DNA of 64,000 nucleotides from an uncultured Prolixibacteraceae bacterium (GTDB lineage: Bacteria > Bacteroidota > Bacteroidia > Bacteroidales > FEN-979), in assembly GCA_964642545.1 (NCBI GenBank), contig CAZXQU010000001.1, forward strand, positions 111,797 through 175,796, in the 5' to 3' direction. Under the pieces are notes generated by a model that searched no databases, was not told where the DNA came from, and was given only the letters and a program-made list of their open reading frames with translations. The position numbers and the translations under genes are program-made. Below, piece after piece: positions 1 to 7,958 of this stretch. Position 1 is the first letter of the stretch. Each line of letters opens with the position of its first letter.

Positions 1-726
1 TGTCAACTGCGGATTCGATTTAAGTACGTTAGCATCCAGTGATATTCTGGCTATTGAGTCCACTACTATCTTTAGGGGGTTCTTACTGATCTTCCTGCTT
101 CTTCTGGCATCCAGTTTCGGGTTGTCTTTCAATACTGTTCCAATACCAACCATGATCGCCGAATATTCGTGCCGAAGCCTGTGTGCCAGTTTCCTGGAGG
201 CTTCTCCCGAAATCCAGCGAGAGTCGCCAGTTGCTGAGGCAATCTTCCCATCCAGGGTCATCGCTCCCTTGTACAAGCAAAATGGCTTCCGGGTAGTAAT
301 GAATTTGATAAACGTTTCGTTTAACAGGGCAGCTTCGTCGGCCAGAAGGCCGGTCTCCACGATAATGCCATGATTGATCAGATATTCGATCCCTTTCCCA
401 TTCACTTTTGGGTTCGGGTCTTTCATGGCAACTACAACTTTCCGGATGCCTTTTTCTATAATCAGGTCAACGCAGGGAGGTGTCTTCCCCATGTGAGCAC
501 AGGGCTCAAGGTTGATATACAGCGTAGCTCCATGCGGAGATTGGATACAGGAGTTGATGGCATTTACTTCGGCGTGCGGACCGCCAAAATGCTCGTGATA
601 CCCTTTTCCGATGATGGTGTTGTTTTTTACAATAACGGCTCCCACCATCGGGTTTGGATTGACCCACCCGGCACCTTTTTTTGCCAGCTTCAGCGCCAGC
701 TTCATGTATTTGACCTCATCCTTCAT
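1..726 (-). CDS. ribD: Bifunctional riboflavin biosynthesis protein RibD (pyrimidine deaminase/reductase), C-terminal part cut by window edge
   Basis: Absent from the ORF track because it runs off the left edge. My minus-strand translation from the ATG (rc of 724-726) reads MKDEVKYMKLALKLAKKGAGWVNPNPMVGAVIVKNNTIIGKGYHEHFGGPHAEVNAINS...LEPCAHMGKTPPCVDLII. That carries the CMP/dCMP deaminase zinc motifs HAE and PCxxC. It continues into reductase-domain sequence (YKGAMTLDGKIASATGDSRWISGE). An FMN riboswitch lies directly upstream. Confidence 0.9.
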   Translation of the reverse strand, partial: MKDEVKYMKLALKLAKKGAGWVNPNPMVGAVIVKNNTIIGKGYHEHFGGPHAEVNAINSCIQSPHGATLYINLEPCAHMGKTPPCVDLIIEKGIRKVVVAMKDPNPKVNGKGIEYLINHGIIVETGLLADEAALLNETFIKFITTRKPFCLYKGAMTLDGKIASATGDSRWISGEASRKLAHRLRHEYSAIMVGIGTVLKDNPKLDARRSRKISKNPLKIVVDSIARISLDANVLKSNPQLT

Positions 727-770
727 AAAAAAACCCTGAAAATTGATCGCATTTCAGCGCATTTCCAGGG
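727..770 (-). terminator. Intrinsic terminator hairpin, candidate expression platform of the FMN riboswitch
   Basis: On the minus strand, arm CCCTGGAAA (rc of 762-770) pairs with TTTTCAGGG (rc of 734-742). A T7 run (727-733) follows and abuts the ribD ATG. Confidence 0.5.
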
Positions 771-821
771 CTATAATAACTTATATATCAGCATCGCCCA
801 ATAAGAGCAATCCCATTATTA

Positions 822-967
822 TTCTTCTTCCATCCAGACTATACTGTCGGTGCCGTAATTGCAACGGCTCGGCTCTGTTTTGTATAGACGAAGCATGCCG
901 CGTCTTTACAAAACAGGGTTAGCGGACTATACCGCCGGTCGGGAATTTCACCCTGCCCTGAAGAAAC
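822..967 (-). promoter_or_regulatory. FMN riboswitch (RFN element)
   Basis: The minus strand reads TTCTTCAGGGCAGGGTGAAATTCCCGACCGGCGGTATAGTCCGC...GAGCCGTTGCAATTACGGCACCGACAGTATAGTCTGGATGGAAGAAG. Both conserved RFN cores and the closing CTTC/GAAG P1 helix are present. The variable arm is a long hairpin (CTGTTTTGTA..AGACG / CGTCT..TACAAAACAG). It lies upstream of ribD. Confidence 0.9.
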
Positions 968-1018
968 TAATTTATGCTAAGAACATCATGTGAGATTGAC
1001 CCCGACAAATTACGGCTA

Positions 1019-1026
1019 CAAAGATA
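1019..1026 (-). promoter_or_regulatory. Bacteroidota -7 promoter box TATCTTTG (TAnnTTTG) upstream of the riboswitch
   Basis: The rc of 1019-1026 is TATCTTTG, about 50 nt upstream of the aptamer 5' end. This is a motif match only. Confidence 0.4.
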
Positions 1027-1035
1027 CGATTATAT

Positions 1036-2085
1036 TCAATTAGTTTTTATAATCTTCCGGCTGATTTGTTTTTTGCCGTCCCGGATTTGCAGGATATAGG
1101 ATCCGGCTGGCAATGCACTCAAATCAACTTGAACAGATGAATCGGTCAGTTCAATCCTGAGCCGCCTGGAAATGAGGGGCTCTCCTGACAGAGAATAGAT
1201 GGTCATCTCTGCAGTTACCATCTCAGTTCCCGATACCATGATGTTCGCATAATGGGTGACCGGGTTTGGGTAAAGTGAGAGTCCCATCCCTGAAGTCATC
1301 TCTTCAGTTCCAACACCGTAGATGGTCACTTCAACTGAATCAGTTTCTAAGGTAAACCCATCAGATACCTCTACAAAATAGAATGTATCCTCTTCCGGGA
1401 TGACCCATGGATCGGGAAGGGATGAGGTGAACCCGGCTGGATTAGATGTCCAAAAATAGGTGTAGGAGCCTGATCCTCCTGATACTGTTACACCAAGATG
1501 GGTTGAATCACCGATATGCACGTTGGTGGGATCGGCTGTTGCATTTACAGTCAAAGGAACGAGCACGTTCTCTGCGACGATGAGCGTGGATGTCTTTGTC
1601 GTTGACTTGTTAACACAGAATGCGCCCCAGAAAGTCACTTCACCAGTTCCGGGGGCGGGAGCTGTCCAGGTAAAGTTCCAGACTTTCGGATTAGCTGTTG
1701 AACCGGAGCTTTGTGTGACATATTTGCCACTGCCTACCAGTTTGTTCCCCGAGCCGGCAACCAGGGTTCCGAGGAGAGTTCCACTCAAGTCGTGGGGAGA
1801 AACCTCAAATCCCTTTTCACCCGATCCGGTTACCGTTACCGTCATTGTATAACTGGCTCCAGGCGTATATCCTTCAAGTGGAATATCAGAGGTGATCCAG
1901 CCATCCACGAATGCAGTAGAGCCACCATGGCAGTTGTGGCAATCTTTGGCATCGTATGGTGACCCGGTATAGCCGGCCGGACTGCCGCTGGGGTAATCAG
2001 AGTTTTCGTTGCCACCAAAGGAAGAGAAGAGCATCAGGCTAGTTACAAGCACCGGGATGCTGAGAAGGAGTAAATGTTTTTTCAT
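1036..2085 (-). CDS. Secreted protein with one CxxCH motif and a T9SS C-terminal sorting domain
   Basis: 349 aa with a signal peptide (MKKHLLLLSIPVLVTSLMLF). It has the motif DCHNCHGG. The C-terminal 80 aa (LSLYPNPV...GSYILQIRDGKKQISRKIIK) follow the T9SS CTD pattern. Confidence 0.7.
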   Translation of the reverse strand: MKKHLLLLSIPVLVTSLMLFSSFGGNENSDYPSGSPAGYTGSPYDAKDCHNCHGGSTAFVDGWITSDIPLEGYTPGASYTMTVTVTGSGEKGFEVSPHDLSGTLLGTLVAGSGNKLVGSGKYVTQSSGSTANPKVWNFTWTAPAPGTGEVTFWGAFCVNKSTTKTSTLIVAENVLVPLTVNATADPTNVHIGDSTHLGVTVSGGSGSYTYFWTSNPAGFTSSLPDPWVIPEEDTFYFVEVSDGFTLETDSVEVTIYGVGTEEMTSGMGLSLYPNPVTHYANIMVSGTEMVTAEMTIYSLSGEPLISRRLRIELTDSSVQVDLSALPAGSYILQIRDGKKQISRKIIKTN

Positions 2086-2186
2086 ACATGTACATAGTTA
2101 GATGATGAGATGCAAATGTAAAAAATTTACCTCTGAGGCGGCAGTGAAAAAAAAGAAAAAAAGGAGATATCTATCGTTTTTACAGT

Positions 2187-2222
2187 AATAAAAAAGGTTG
2201 TCCCGATGTTTTAAGACAACCT
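2187..2222 (-). terminator. Rho-independent terminator after the frameshifted T9SS gene
   Basis: On the minus strand, an 8-bp stem AGGTTGTC (rc of 2215-2222) / GACAACCT (rc of 2195-2202) with a 12-nt loop is followed by TTTTTATT. Confidence 0.55.
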
Positions 2223-2245
2223 CTTTATTATGATTCGTGAAAGGA

Positions 2246-3302
2246 TTATTCAATAACCAGTTTCTGAACTATGTTACCAAGCTGACTTTGAATCCTTACA
2301 AGGTAAATCCCGCCTGGGTATCCGTTGAGGTCAACCTGATTGATTGTTGCATTTTGTCCGGAAGGGATCATTTCGCGATGCACATACTTGCCCTGGATAG
2401 TGGTATAGAGACGGCGGTCTCGAATCCACCCAAACCTTTCAGGTTCATCGTTACAAGGCCTTTGGTAGGATTTGGCATCAGAGAAAGACTAAAGGCATCT
2501 GCTCCGGCTTCCGGTACGCCGACACCAGGAACGAAGAAGATGATTACTTCGTCTGCGACCAAAATCGTCCAGTTTTACAGTCGTGTTCTTCTGCAGAATT
2601 CCATTGGGAATGTTTCCGGAGAAGGTTGCGACATTGAGATAACCCCATTGGGTAAAGGTTGAGTTCGCTGTGTTGTTCCAATCTACTTCAAATTCATAAA
2701 TACCCAAACGATCAGGATTATCATTGAGATAGATAAAATAACTGGGGGTGCCGGCAGGGGGGGTAGATCCCCATCACAATCAGATGGCAATAAGCTATAT
2801 GCAGATCAGCATCCTCATCGTAGAGTACAATAGCGTCTCCATCGTTGGAATTTGACCAAGGACCGGGGAAACCATTCCAAATCGTCTTGTTGAGTGAAGG
2901 ACCTAGTACAGAGACTCCACTCTTGCTAAAAATCTGGAAAGATAAATTGACACACTGAAAATAGTGGTTGGGGCCAACATCTCCATCTGTGTCAGGAGGA
3001 ACCAAATTACCGCTACCTGAGACACCTGCAATATTTACGATGATGGTATCGGTCACTGCATCGCCAAAAAAGAATTGCCGTACCGGATCATTACCTTGCA
3101 TATTAACATCAGCAGGCCTGCCAAACGGATAAAGAATATTCTTTACAACCCCATCTTTCCAGGTATTATCAACTTTTCCAGGGTTCATCTGAACGATGTC
3201 ACGCAATGGAGATGAGATATTGAAATAAACAGCTTTTGAGACAATAGGCTGGGAGGCCTCCCCCTGAGCAAATAGACTTCCAATGGAGATCACCATCCCC
3301 AT
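2246..3302 (-). pseudogene. Frameshifted T9SS-sorted secreted protein (at least three frame changes)
   Basis: Four consecutive minus-strand ORF pieces in different frames (2721-3302, 2489-2707, 2368-2562 and 2246 to about 2400) join into one protein. The joined reading is ...DGDAIVLYDEDAD...GIYPP|AGTPSYFIYLNDNPDRLGIYEFEVDWNN...KLDDFG|VADEVIIFFVPGVG...FSLSLMPNPTKGLVTMNL...|YTTIQGKYVHREMIPSGQNATINQVDLNGYPGGIYLVRIQSQLGNIVQKLVIE (T9SS CTD). The first shift sits in a G7 run at 2757-2763. The apparent signal peptide reads HKKLFFLIMGMVISIGSLFAQ, with no Met in front of the KK. Confidence 0.6.
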
Positions 3303-3424
3303 AATGAGAAAGAATAATTTTTTATGGTTAAGTTTTAAGAATCCACTGCAAAGATAAATAAATCTTGTTTGGAATGATTCTACACATAAAAGATGTACTT
3401 TTATCTTCTCAAACAGATTTTTGT

Positions 3425-4129
3425 ATGAATATTATAGTCACAGGAGCCAGTCAAGGTATTGGAAACGAAATCGTTAAAGTTTTCTCGAGGTCGAAGAAAA
3501 ATCATATTATTGCCATTTCACGCAACGAGAAACAACTTCAGGCATTGGTTGACGAATGCAAAAAAAATAATCCTGAAGCCAATGTAACGCCCTATGCGTT
3601 TGATCTCACTCAGTTCGATTTTTATCCACTGGTGATCCAACGTATCGAAACTTACATGCCGCATTGCGATATCCTGATTAATAATGCCGGCTACCTGATC
3701 CAAAAATCGTTCAAGAAGATCGATCAGAACTCCTTCGATGAAGTCTTCAATGTGAATGTAAAAGGACTGTTTTTTTTCACCCAAGCTATCCTGCCTATGA
3801 TGGGCAAAGGAGCACATATCGTAAATATCGGCAGTATAGGAGGAGTGCAGGGAAGCAAGAAGTTCAAAGGTCTATCAGTTTACAGTGCCAGTAAAGGTGC
3901 TGTTGCCGTCCTCACGGAAGCCCTTGCTGAGGAGTTGATAGATGAGGAGATCCGGGTCAACTGCCTGGCTCTTGGCGGAGTTGAGACGGAAATGTTCAAG
4001 CGGGCTTTCCCTCATGCGGAAGCCTCCTATAGTCCCAATCACATGGCACAATATATTGCCGACTTCGCCCTGAATGGCTGGAAACACTACAATGGGAAGG
4101 TGTTGCAGGTGTCGTTGGGAACGCCCTGA
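3425..4129 (+). CDS. SDR family oxidoreductase (short-chain dehydrogenase)
   Basis: It starts MNIIVTGASQGIGNEI (TGxxxGxG NAD(P) motif), has NNAG, and has the catalytic YSASK (YxxxK). The ORF-track start at 3365 is a TTG extension; the ATG at 3425 fits the family N-terminus. Confidence 0.85.
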   Translation: MNIIVTGASQGIGNEIVKVFSRSKKNHIIAISRNEKQLQALVDECKKNNPEANVTPYAFDLTQFDFYPLVIQRIETYMPHCDILINNAGYLIQKSFKKIDQNSFDEVFNVNVKGLFFFTQAILPMMGKGAHIVNIGSIGGVQGSKKFKGLSVYSASKGAVAVLTEALAEELIDEEIRVNCLALGGVETEMFKRAFPHAEASYSPNHMAQYIADFALNGWKHYNGKVLQVSLGTP

Positions 4130-5322
4130 AACGGGTTCACCGCCCTCTCAAAGATTCCATGCACCCAGGCGATTGTCATGCCGTAGTTGGTGACAGGGAT
4201 GCCAGCGTCGATAGCTGGTTTGAGGCGCTGACGGATCTGCTTACGGGTGATCATGCAACCACCACATTGGACGATTAATGAATAATCCGTAATCGGTCTT
4301 TCAATATTGCTCAGTCCGGCCACTACGTCAAACTCAAGTCTCTTTTTTGTATAGTCGCGAAGCCATCGCGGGATCTTTATCCGCCCGATGTCGTCGCAGG
4401 TGACATGATGAGAGCAGGATTCGAGAACCAACACGCGGTCGCCATCCTTCAGATCCTCTATTTTTGGTGTCCCTTTCAGGTACTCGGTGAAGTCGCCTTT
4501 CTGGCGTGCCAAAACGATGCTGAAACTGGTGAGCATGATATCGTTGGGAATCGCTGCGTTGGCTTTAGGGAAGACCTGGCTGTCGGTGATCGCGAGCACC
4601 GGCTTCGGGCTCATTATTTTTACATAGTCAGCCACCATGCCCTCTTTCAGAACCACGCATATACCATCATAATCCAGCACGTCGCGGATCACCTGCATCT
4701 GTGGCAGGATCATTCTCCCTTCGGGGGCTTCCGTATCAACAGGGGTAATCAAAACAACCGTATCACCTGGTTTGATAAGGTCCCCAACAAGTGTCCGTTT
4801 TCTGTAAGCAGTTTCAGGAATCGTATCCCGGATCAGAGAAGCCACTTGAGCCTGATTCATTGGGTGAGTAGCACAAAAATTGATGACCGGGACCTGGTAC
4901 TTCTCCACGATGACGCGCTCGAGATCAGGGTCTATTGGTTCTTCATCTGATTTATTATGCAGGATGAGGAAAGGAACTTCGTGATGATTGAAATCACTGA
5001 TCAACTTTTTCTCTGTTTCATCAAAGTCGTTGTGGGAGATTACCAGGATTGCCAGGTCGATAATTTTGAGAATCTCTTTGCTTTTCGAGATTCGCTTTTC
5101 GCCAAGGGGACCGCTATCATCAATTCCGGCTGTATCAATGAGGATGGCTGGTCCAACGCCGGCGATTTCGAGGGATTTTTTAACCGGGTCGGTTGTGGTG
5201 CCTGCCACTTCAGAGACAATGGCCACATCCTGTCCGGTCAATGCATTGATAAGGGAACTCTTCCCGTTGTTTCGCCGGCCGAAGATGCCGATGTGTGGTT
5301 TGGTGTCGCGGGCTTTTTTCAT
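4087..5322 (-). CDS. hydF: [FeFe]-hydrogenase H-cluster maturation GTPase HydF
   Basis: 411 aa. The single N-terminal GTPase domain has GRRNNGKSSLINAL, DTAG and NKSD. The C-terminal cluster-binding region has CSHH...QCGGC, resembling the HydF CxH...HCxxC signature. Confidence 0.75.
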   Translation of the reverse strand: MKKARDTKPHIGIFGRRNNGKSSLINALTGQDVAIVSEVAGTTTDPVKKSLEIAGVGPAILIDTAGIDDSGPLGEKRISKSKEILKIIDLAILVISHNDFDETEKKLISDFNHHEVPFLILHNKSDEEPIDPDLERVIVEKYQVPVINFCATHPMNQAQVASLIRDTIPETAYRKRTLVGDLIKPGDTVVLITPVDTEAPEGRMILPQMQVIRDVLDYDGICVVLKEGMVADYVKIMSPKPVLAITDSQVFPKANAAIPNDIMLTSFSIVLARQKGDFTEYLKGTPKIEDLKDGDRVLVLESCSHHVTCDDIGRIKIPRWLRDYTKKRLEFDVVAGLSNIERPITDYSLIVQCGGCMITRKQIRQRLKPAIDAGIPVTNYGMTIAWVHGIFERAVNPFQGVPNDTCNTFPL

Positions 5323-5475
5323 GAAGGATTACATTTTCATCTGCAAAGGTATAGATATCCGGTCATGCAGATACAAAATGAACCTCCTGGATGACACCGT
5401 TGAATCACGAATATCCTTGAAAATATTTATTACGACTTCGACAAGTGGGATATATCATAGACCCTTCAGTAGATT

Positions 5476-7266
5476 CTATTTAAGCACTACCCATCTAACC
5501 ACCTTCTCTTTCTCGTTGAAACGAACCCGGAGAAGATAGATTCCCGATGGGATCCTATTAGCGGAAAGAGGGATTGAATAATTTGCCCTGTCCAGACTTC
5601 TTGTTAAGTGTTCTATCGGTTGGCCGAAGGAGTTAAATACCTCAACCTCTACCGTTCCCGAAACCGCCTCAGTGAATTCCAACCAGGAATTGCTGCCAGT
5701 CGGATTTGGATAGAGTAAAATACCCGATTCGTCAGCAGGGTAAACTGGGATACCAAGCGGACCAAGTTGTCCGTTAAGGCTGATGTTCTGGGCTAAGATC
5801 ACCCCGTTCGGATTGAAGGCATCATCACGGTTTTCGGCCCAGGTAACCACAAAAATATTCTCTGAGAGATCCGATAAATCCGGATAGAATTTGGTTCCAC
5901 GGGTCGCAGCCATCAATACCGTGGGTTTGGTCCAGGTCTGTAAGCCTGAGGTATCGATTTGTGTGGCAAAAAGCTGGTCGAAAAGTAGCGTGTCGGGGCC
6001 AACGATGGAGTCATACTCCTGGTCCATCAGCAGTACAAACTTGTTGTTGGGGCAAGGCGCAACACCTTCGATGTACCACATTGTGTCCATGATGAATACC
6101 GACATCTGTTTCCCCAGATCACCCCATGCGACACTACCATCGGGCTTGATTTTCTGCCCAAGTATCCCGAATGAATCAAAAGCTCCCACTGCCCTGTACT
6201 CTTCCCAAAAGACAAACAAATCCTGGTTCCCTGGGTCTAATCCAACCATCGGGTCCACGCGATCGTATCCATAATTTTCAGGAGAGACGGCTATACCGTT
6301 CATAGGCCATTGAAGTTTACCGGATGTATCAATGTGTTGCACATACACATTTGAAAAGTTATTTTTGGATCTTCCATCAAACCAAGTGACGTAAACACCC
6401 TGGTTATTGTCCTGAACAGGTCTCAGCTTCAGAAACTCCGGAACAACGTATGCTGAATCACCGTGATCGCAAATCCGCGCAACATCAGGCCAAACCATCG
6501 ATCCATCTGCACCAAAGCGCATAGCATAAATGTAGGAGAACATCTCATATCCTGTGCCCATGCCAATCTCAAATTTCTTCTGCCATACCATGATAAAATC
6601 ATCCGTTCCAACAGGCATCAGGTTTGGGAAGATATAGTTACTGTCGGGTCCTGCTACTGTTAATGGCTCGGTCCATAAAGGAACACCTGCAGGAGAGAGT
6701 TTCTGGACCTTGATAAAAATTCCGGCATTGGTATCCTTGGCGCTAATGTCTGCATTCCAGGCAACAAGAACGTTGTTGCTGTTCGTAAGGCAAATGGTTG
6801 GGGAGAATGCCATTAACGGATCGGTAGTCAACTGGATCCCGTTTGTATCCCATACTGCGTGACCGTCAGGAGCTACCGAGTAAACCGAAACATGGCTGAA
6901 CCCGCTTCCTCCCCGCATATCTTCAAAAGCCAGGATGGCATTACCGTTTGGATTGGTTACCAGTGAATAATCCGAGATCCATGAACGGCTTGGATTATCG
7001 CTGATCAGGACACCATCAGTCCCCCATTGAACATACCCATCATGATTGAGATATTGCAACCACACCTCATAATATACATTTGTATCAGGAACACTCCTCC
7101 AGCTCGAAATATAAAAATTCCCGTCAGAGGTGGTAGCAATTTTCGGGAAGGTGTGGGCGTATTCCGTCCCCAAAACCATGGTGTTAACATCGGGATCATC
7201 CACCCACTGAGCAATGGCAAACATTGGGATCCCAATGAGAAGTCCCAGGAGTAAACGTAATTTCAT
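5476..7266 (-). CDS. Secreted hypothetical protein with T9SS C-terminal sorting domain
   Basis: It has a signal peptide (MKLRLLLGLLIGIPMFAIAQ) from the ATG at 7266. The C-terminus LLYPNPTGSNSW...GIYLLRVRFNEKEKVVRWVVLK follows the T9SS CTD pattern. The body is rich in W/G/D, suggestive of beta-propeller-like repeats. Confidence 0.7.
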   Translation of the reverse strand: MKLRLLLGLLIGIPMFAIAQWVDDPDVNTMVLGTEYAHTFPKIATTSDGNFYISSWRSVPDTNVYYEVWLQYLNHDGYVQWGTDGVLISDNPSRSWISDYSLVTNPNGNAILAFEDMRGGSGFSHVSVYSVAPDGHAVWDTNGIQLTTDPLMAFSPTICLTNSNNVLVAWNADISAKDTNAGIFIKVQKLSPAGVPLWTEPLTVAGPDSNYIFPNLMPVGTDDFIMVWQKKFEIGMGTGYEMFSYIYAMRFGADGSMVWPDVARICDHGDSAYVVPEFLKLRPVQDNNQGVYVTWFDGRSKNNFSNVYVQHIDTSGKLQWPMNGIAVSPENYGYDRVDPMVGLDPGNQDLFVFWEEYRAVGAFDSFGILGQKIKPDGSVAWGDLGKQMSVFIMDTMWYIEGVAPCPNNKFVLLMDQEYDSIVGPDTLLFDQLFATQIDTSGLQTWTKPTVLMAATRGTKFYPDLSDLSENIFVVTWAENRDDAFNPNGVILAQNISLNGQLGPLGIPVYPADESGILLYPNPTGSNSWLEFTEAVSGTVEVEVFNSFGQPIEHLTRSLDRANYSIPLSANRIPSGIYLLRVRFNEKEKVVRWVVLK

Positions 7267-7360
7267 ACCTAACAATGCTTATAGTTAAAGCATCGAAATA
7301 TAATACATGTCTGGAGAATATGCAAATAAAACTTCAGATTAATGACGAAAAAGAGTTAAG

Positions 7361-7402
7361 AATGACGAATTAATTTCCTAATTTCGTATTACGTATTTTG
7401 TA
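7361..7402. repeat. Heptamer array (6 units) in a divergent promoter region
   Basis: The units are AATGACG AATTAAT TTCCTAA TTTCGTA TTACGTA TTTTGTA in one register, ending on the ORF-track ATG at 7402. Confidence 0.5.
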
Positions 7403-7425
7403 TGTCAATTTTCAATATACCCCCC

Positions 7426-7896
7426 ATGAAAATAGTATTTTATCTCCTCGCCATTGCAGCCGTCGTTCTGCTTCTCTGGTCGGGTTGTTCAAGAAATAAC
7501 CCTACTCCCCCCTCTACGGCAGTTTACTCTGTTAATGGCGGGACCACCAGCCATAATAATGGTCAGGTTTGTTTAACCTGTCACAGGACTGGAGGAACCG
7601 GCAAATACAACTTTATTATTGCCGGGTCTGTTTTTAAACAAGATCTTTCCACACCGTCACCAAACGGGATTCTGTACTTCTGGTCGGGATCAGGTGGCAC
7701 GGGAGACCTTATTGCTACGCTACAGGTTGATGCCAACGGTAATTTTTTCACAACATCCTCACTCTTGCCCGGCGAGGGAGCCTATCTACAAATGAGAGGT
7801 ATCTCAGGGGCAGTAAAGACAATGCCTATACTGGCTTATACAGGAGATTGCAACTCCTGTCATGGTGTAAATGAGGATCCGATCTGGATAAACTAA
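7426..7896 (+). CDS. Small lipoprotein with two CxxCH motifs
   Basis: It has a lipobox signal MKIVFYLLAIAAVVLLLWSGC. It carries CLTCHRTGG and CNSCHG. The ATG at 7426 is preferred over the one at 7402. Confidence 0.6.
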   Translation: MKIVFYLLAIAAVVLLLWSGCSRNNPTPPSTAVYSVNGGTTSHNNGQVCLTCHRTGGTGKYNFIIAGSVFKQDLSTPSPNGILYFWSGSGGTGDLIATLQVDANGNFFTTSSLLPGEGAYLQMRGISGAVKTMPILAYTGDCNSCHGVNEDPIWIN

Positions 7897-7915
7897 CCCC
7901 CAAAAATGAGAAGTC

Positions 7916-7956
7916 ATCCCCTTCAGGGGATTTAAGGGCGAGTCGGGGGATTTAGG
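7916..7956 (-). repeat. Two copies of the AAATCCCC(T/C) motif plus a short hairpin, directly after the ftcD stop
   Basis: The minus strand after the ftcD stop reads AACTCCTAAATCCCCCGACTCGCCCTTAAATCCCCTGAAGGGGAT. The hairpin is ATCCCC (7916-7921) / GGGGAT (7926-7931). Confidence 0.4.
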
Positions 7957-7958
7957 AG

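Noticed and set aside
370-804. 144-aa plus-strand ORF at the left edge
   Set aside because: It is the antisense shadow of ribD. The minus strand carries clear deaminase/reductase motifs, and the plus-strand product has no recognisable features.
2416-2427. GGTCTCGAATCC resembling a tRNA T-arm
   Set aside because: No acceptor, D or anticodon arms can be drawn around it. It lies inside the frameshifted T9SS gene and differs from the GGTTCGAATCC consensus.
4087-4129. 43-nt convergent overlap of the SDR and hydF 3' ends, and hydF without hydE/hydG nearby
   Set aside because: Short convergent overlaps occur, and maturase genes are often dispersed. I see no sequence signal suggesting anything beyond ordinary organisation.
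4405-5539. 181-, 145- and 183-aa plus-strand ORFs
   Set aside because: They are antisense to hydF, which carries GTPase G1/G3/G4 motifs. None has motifs of its own.
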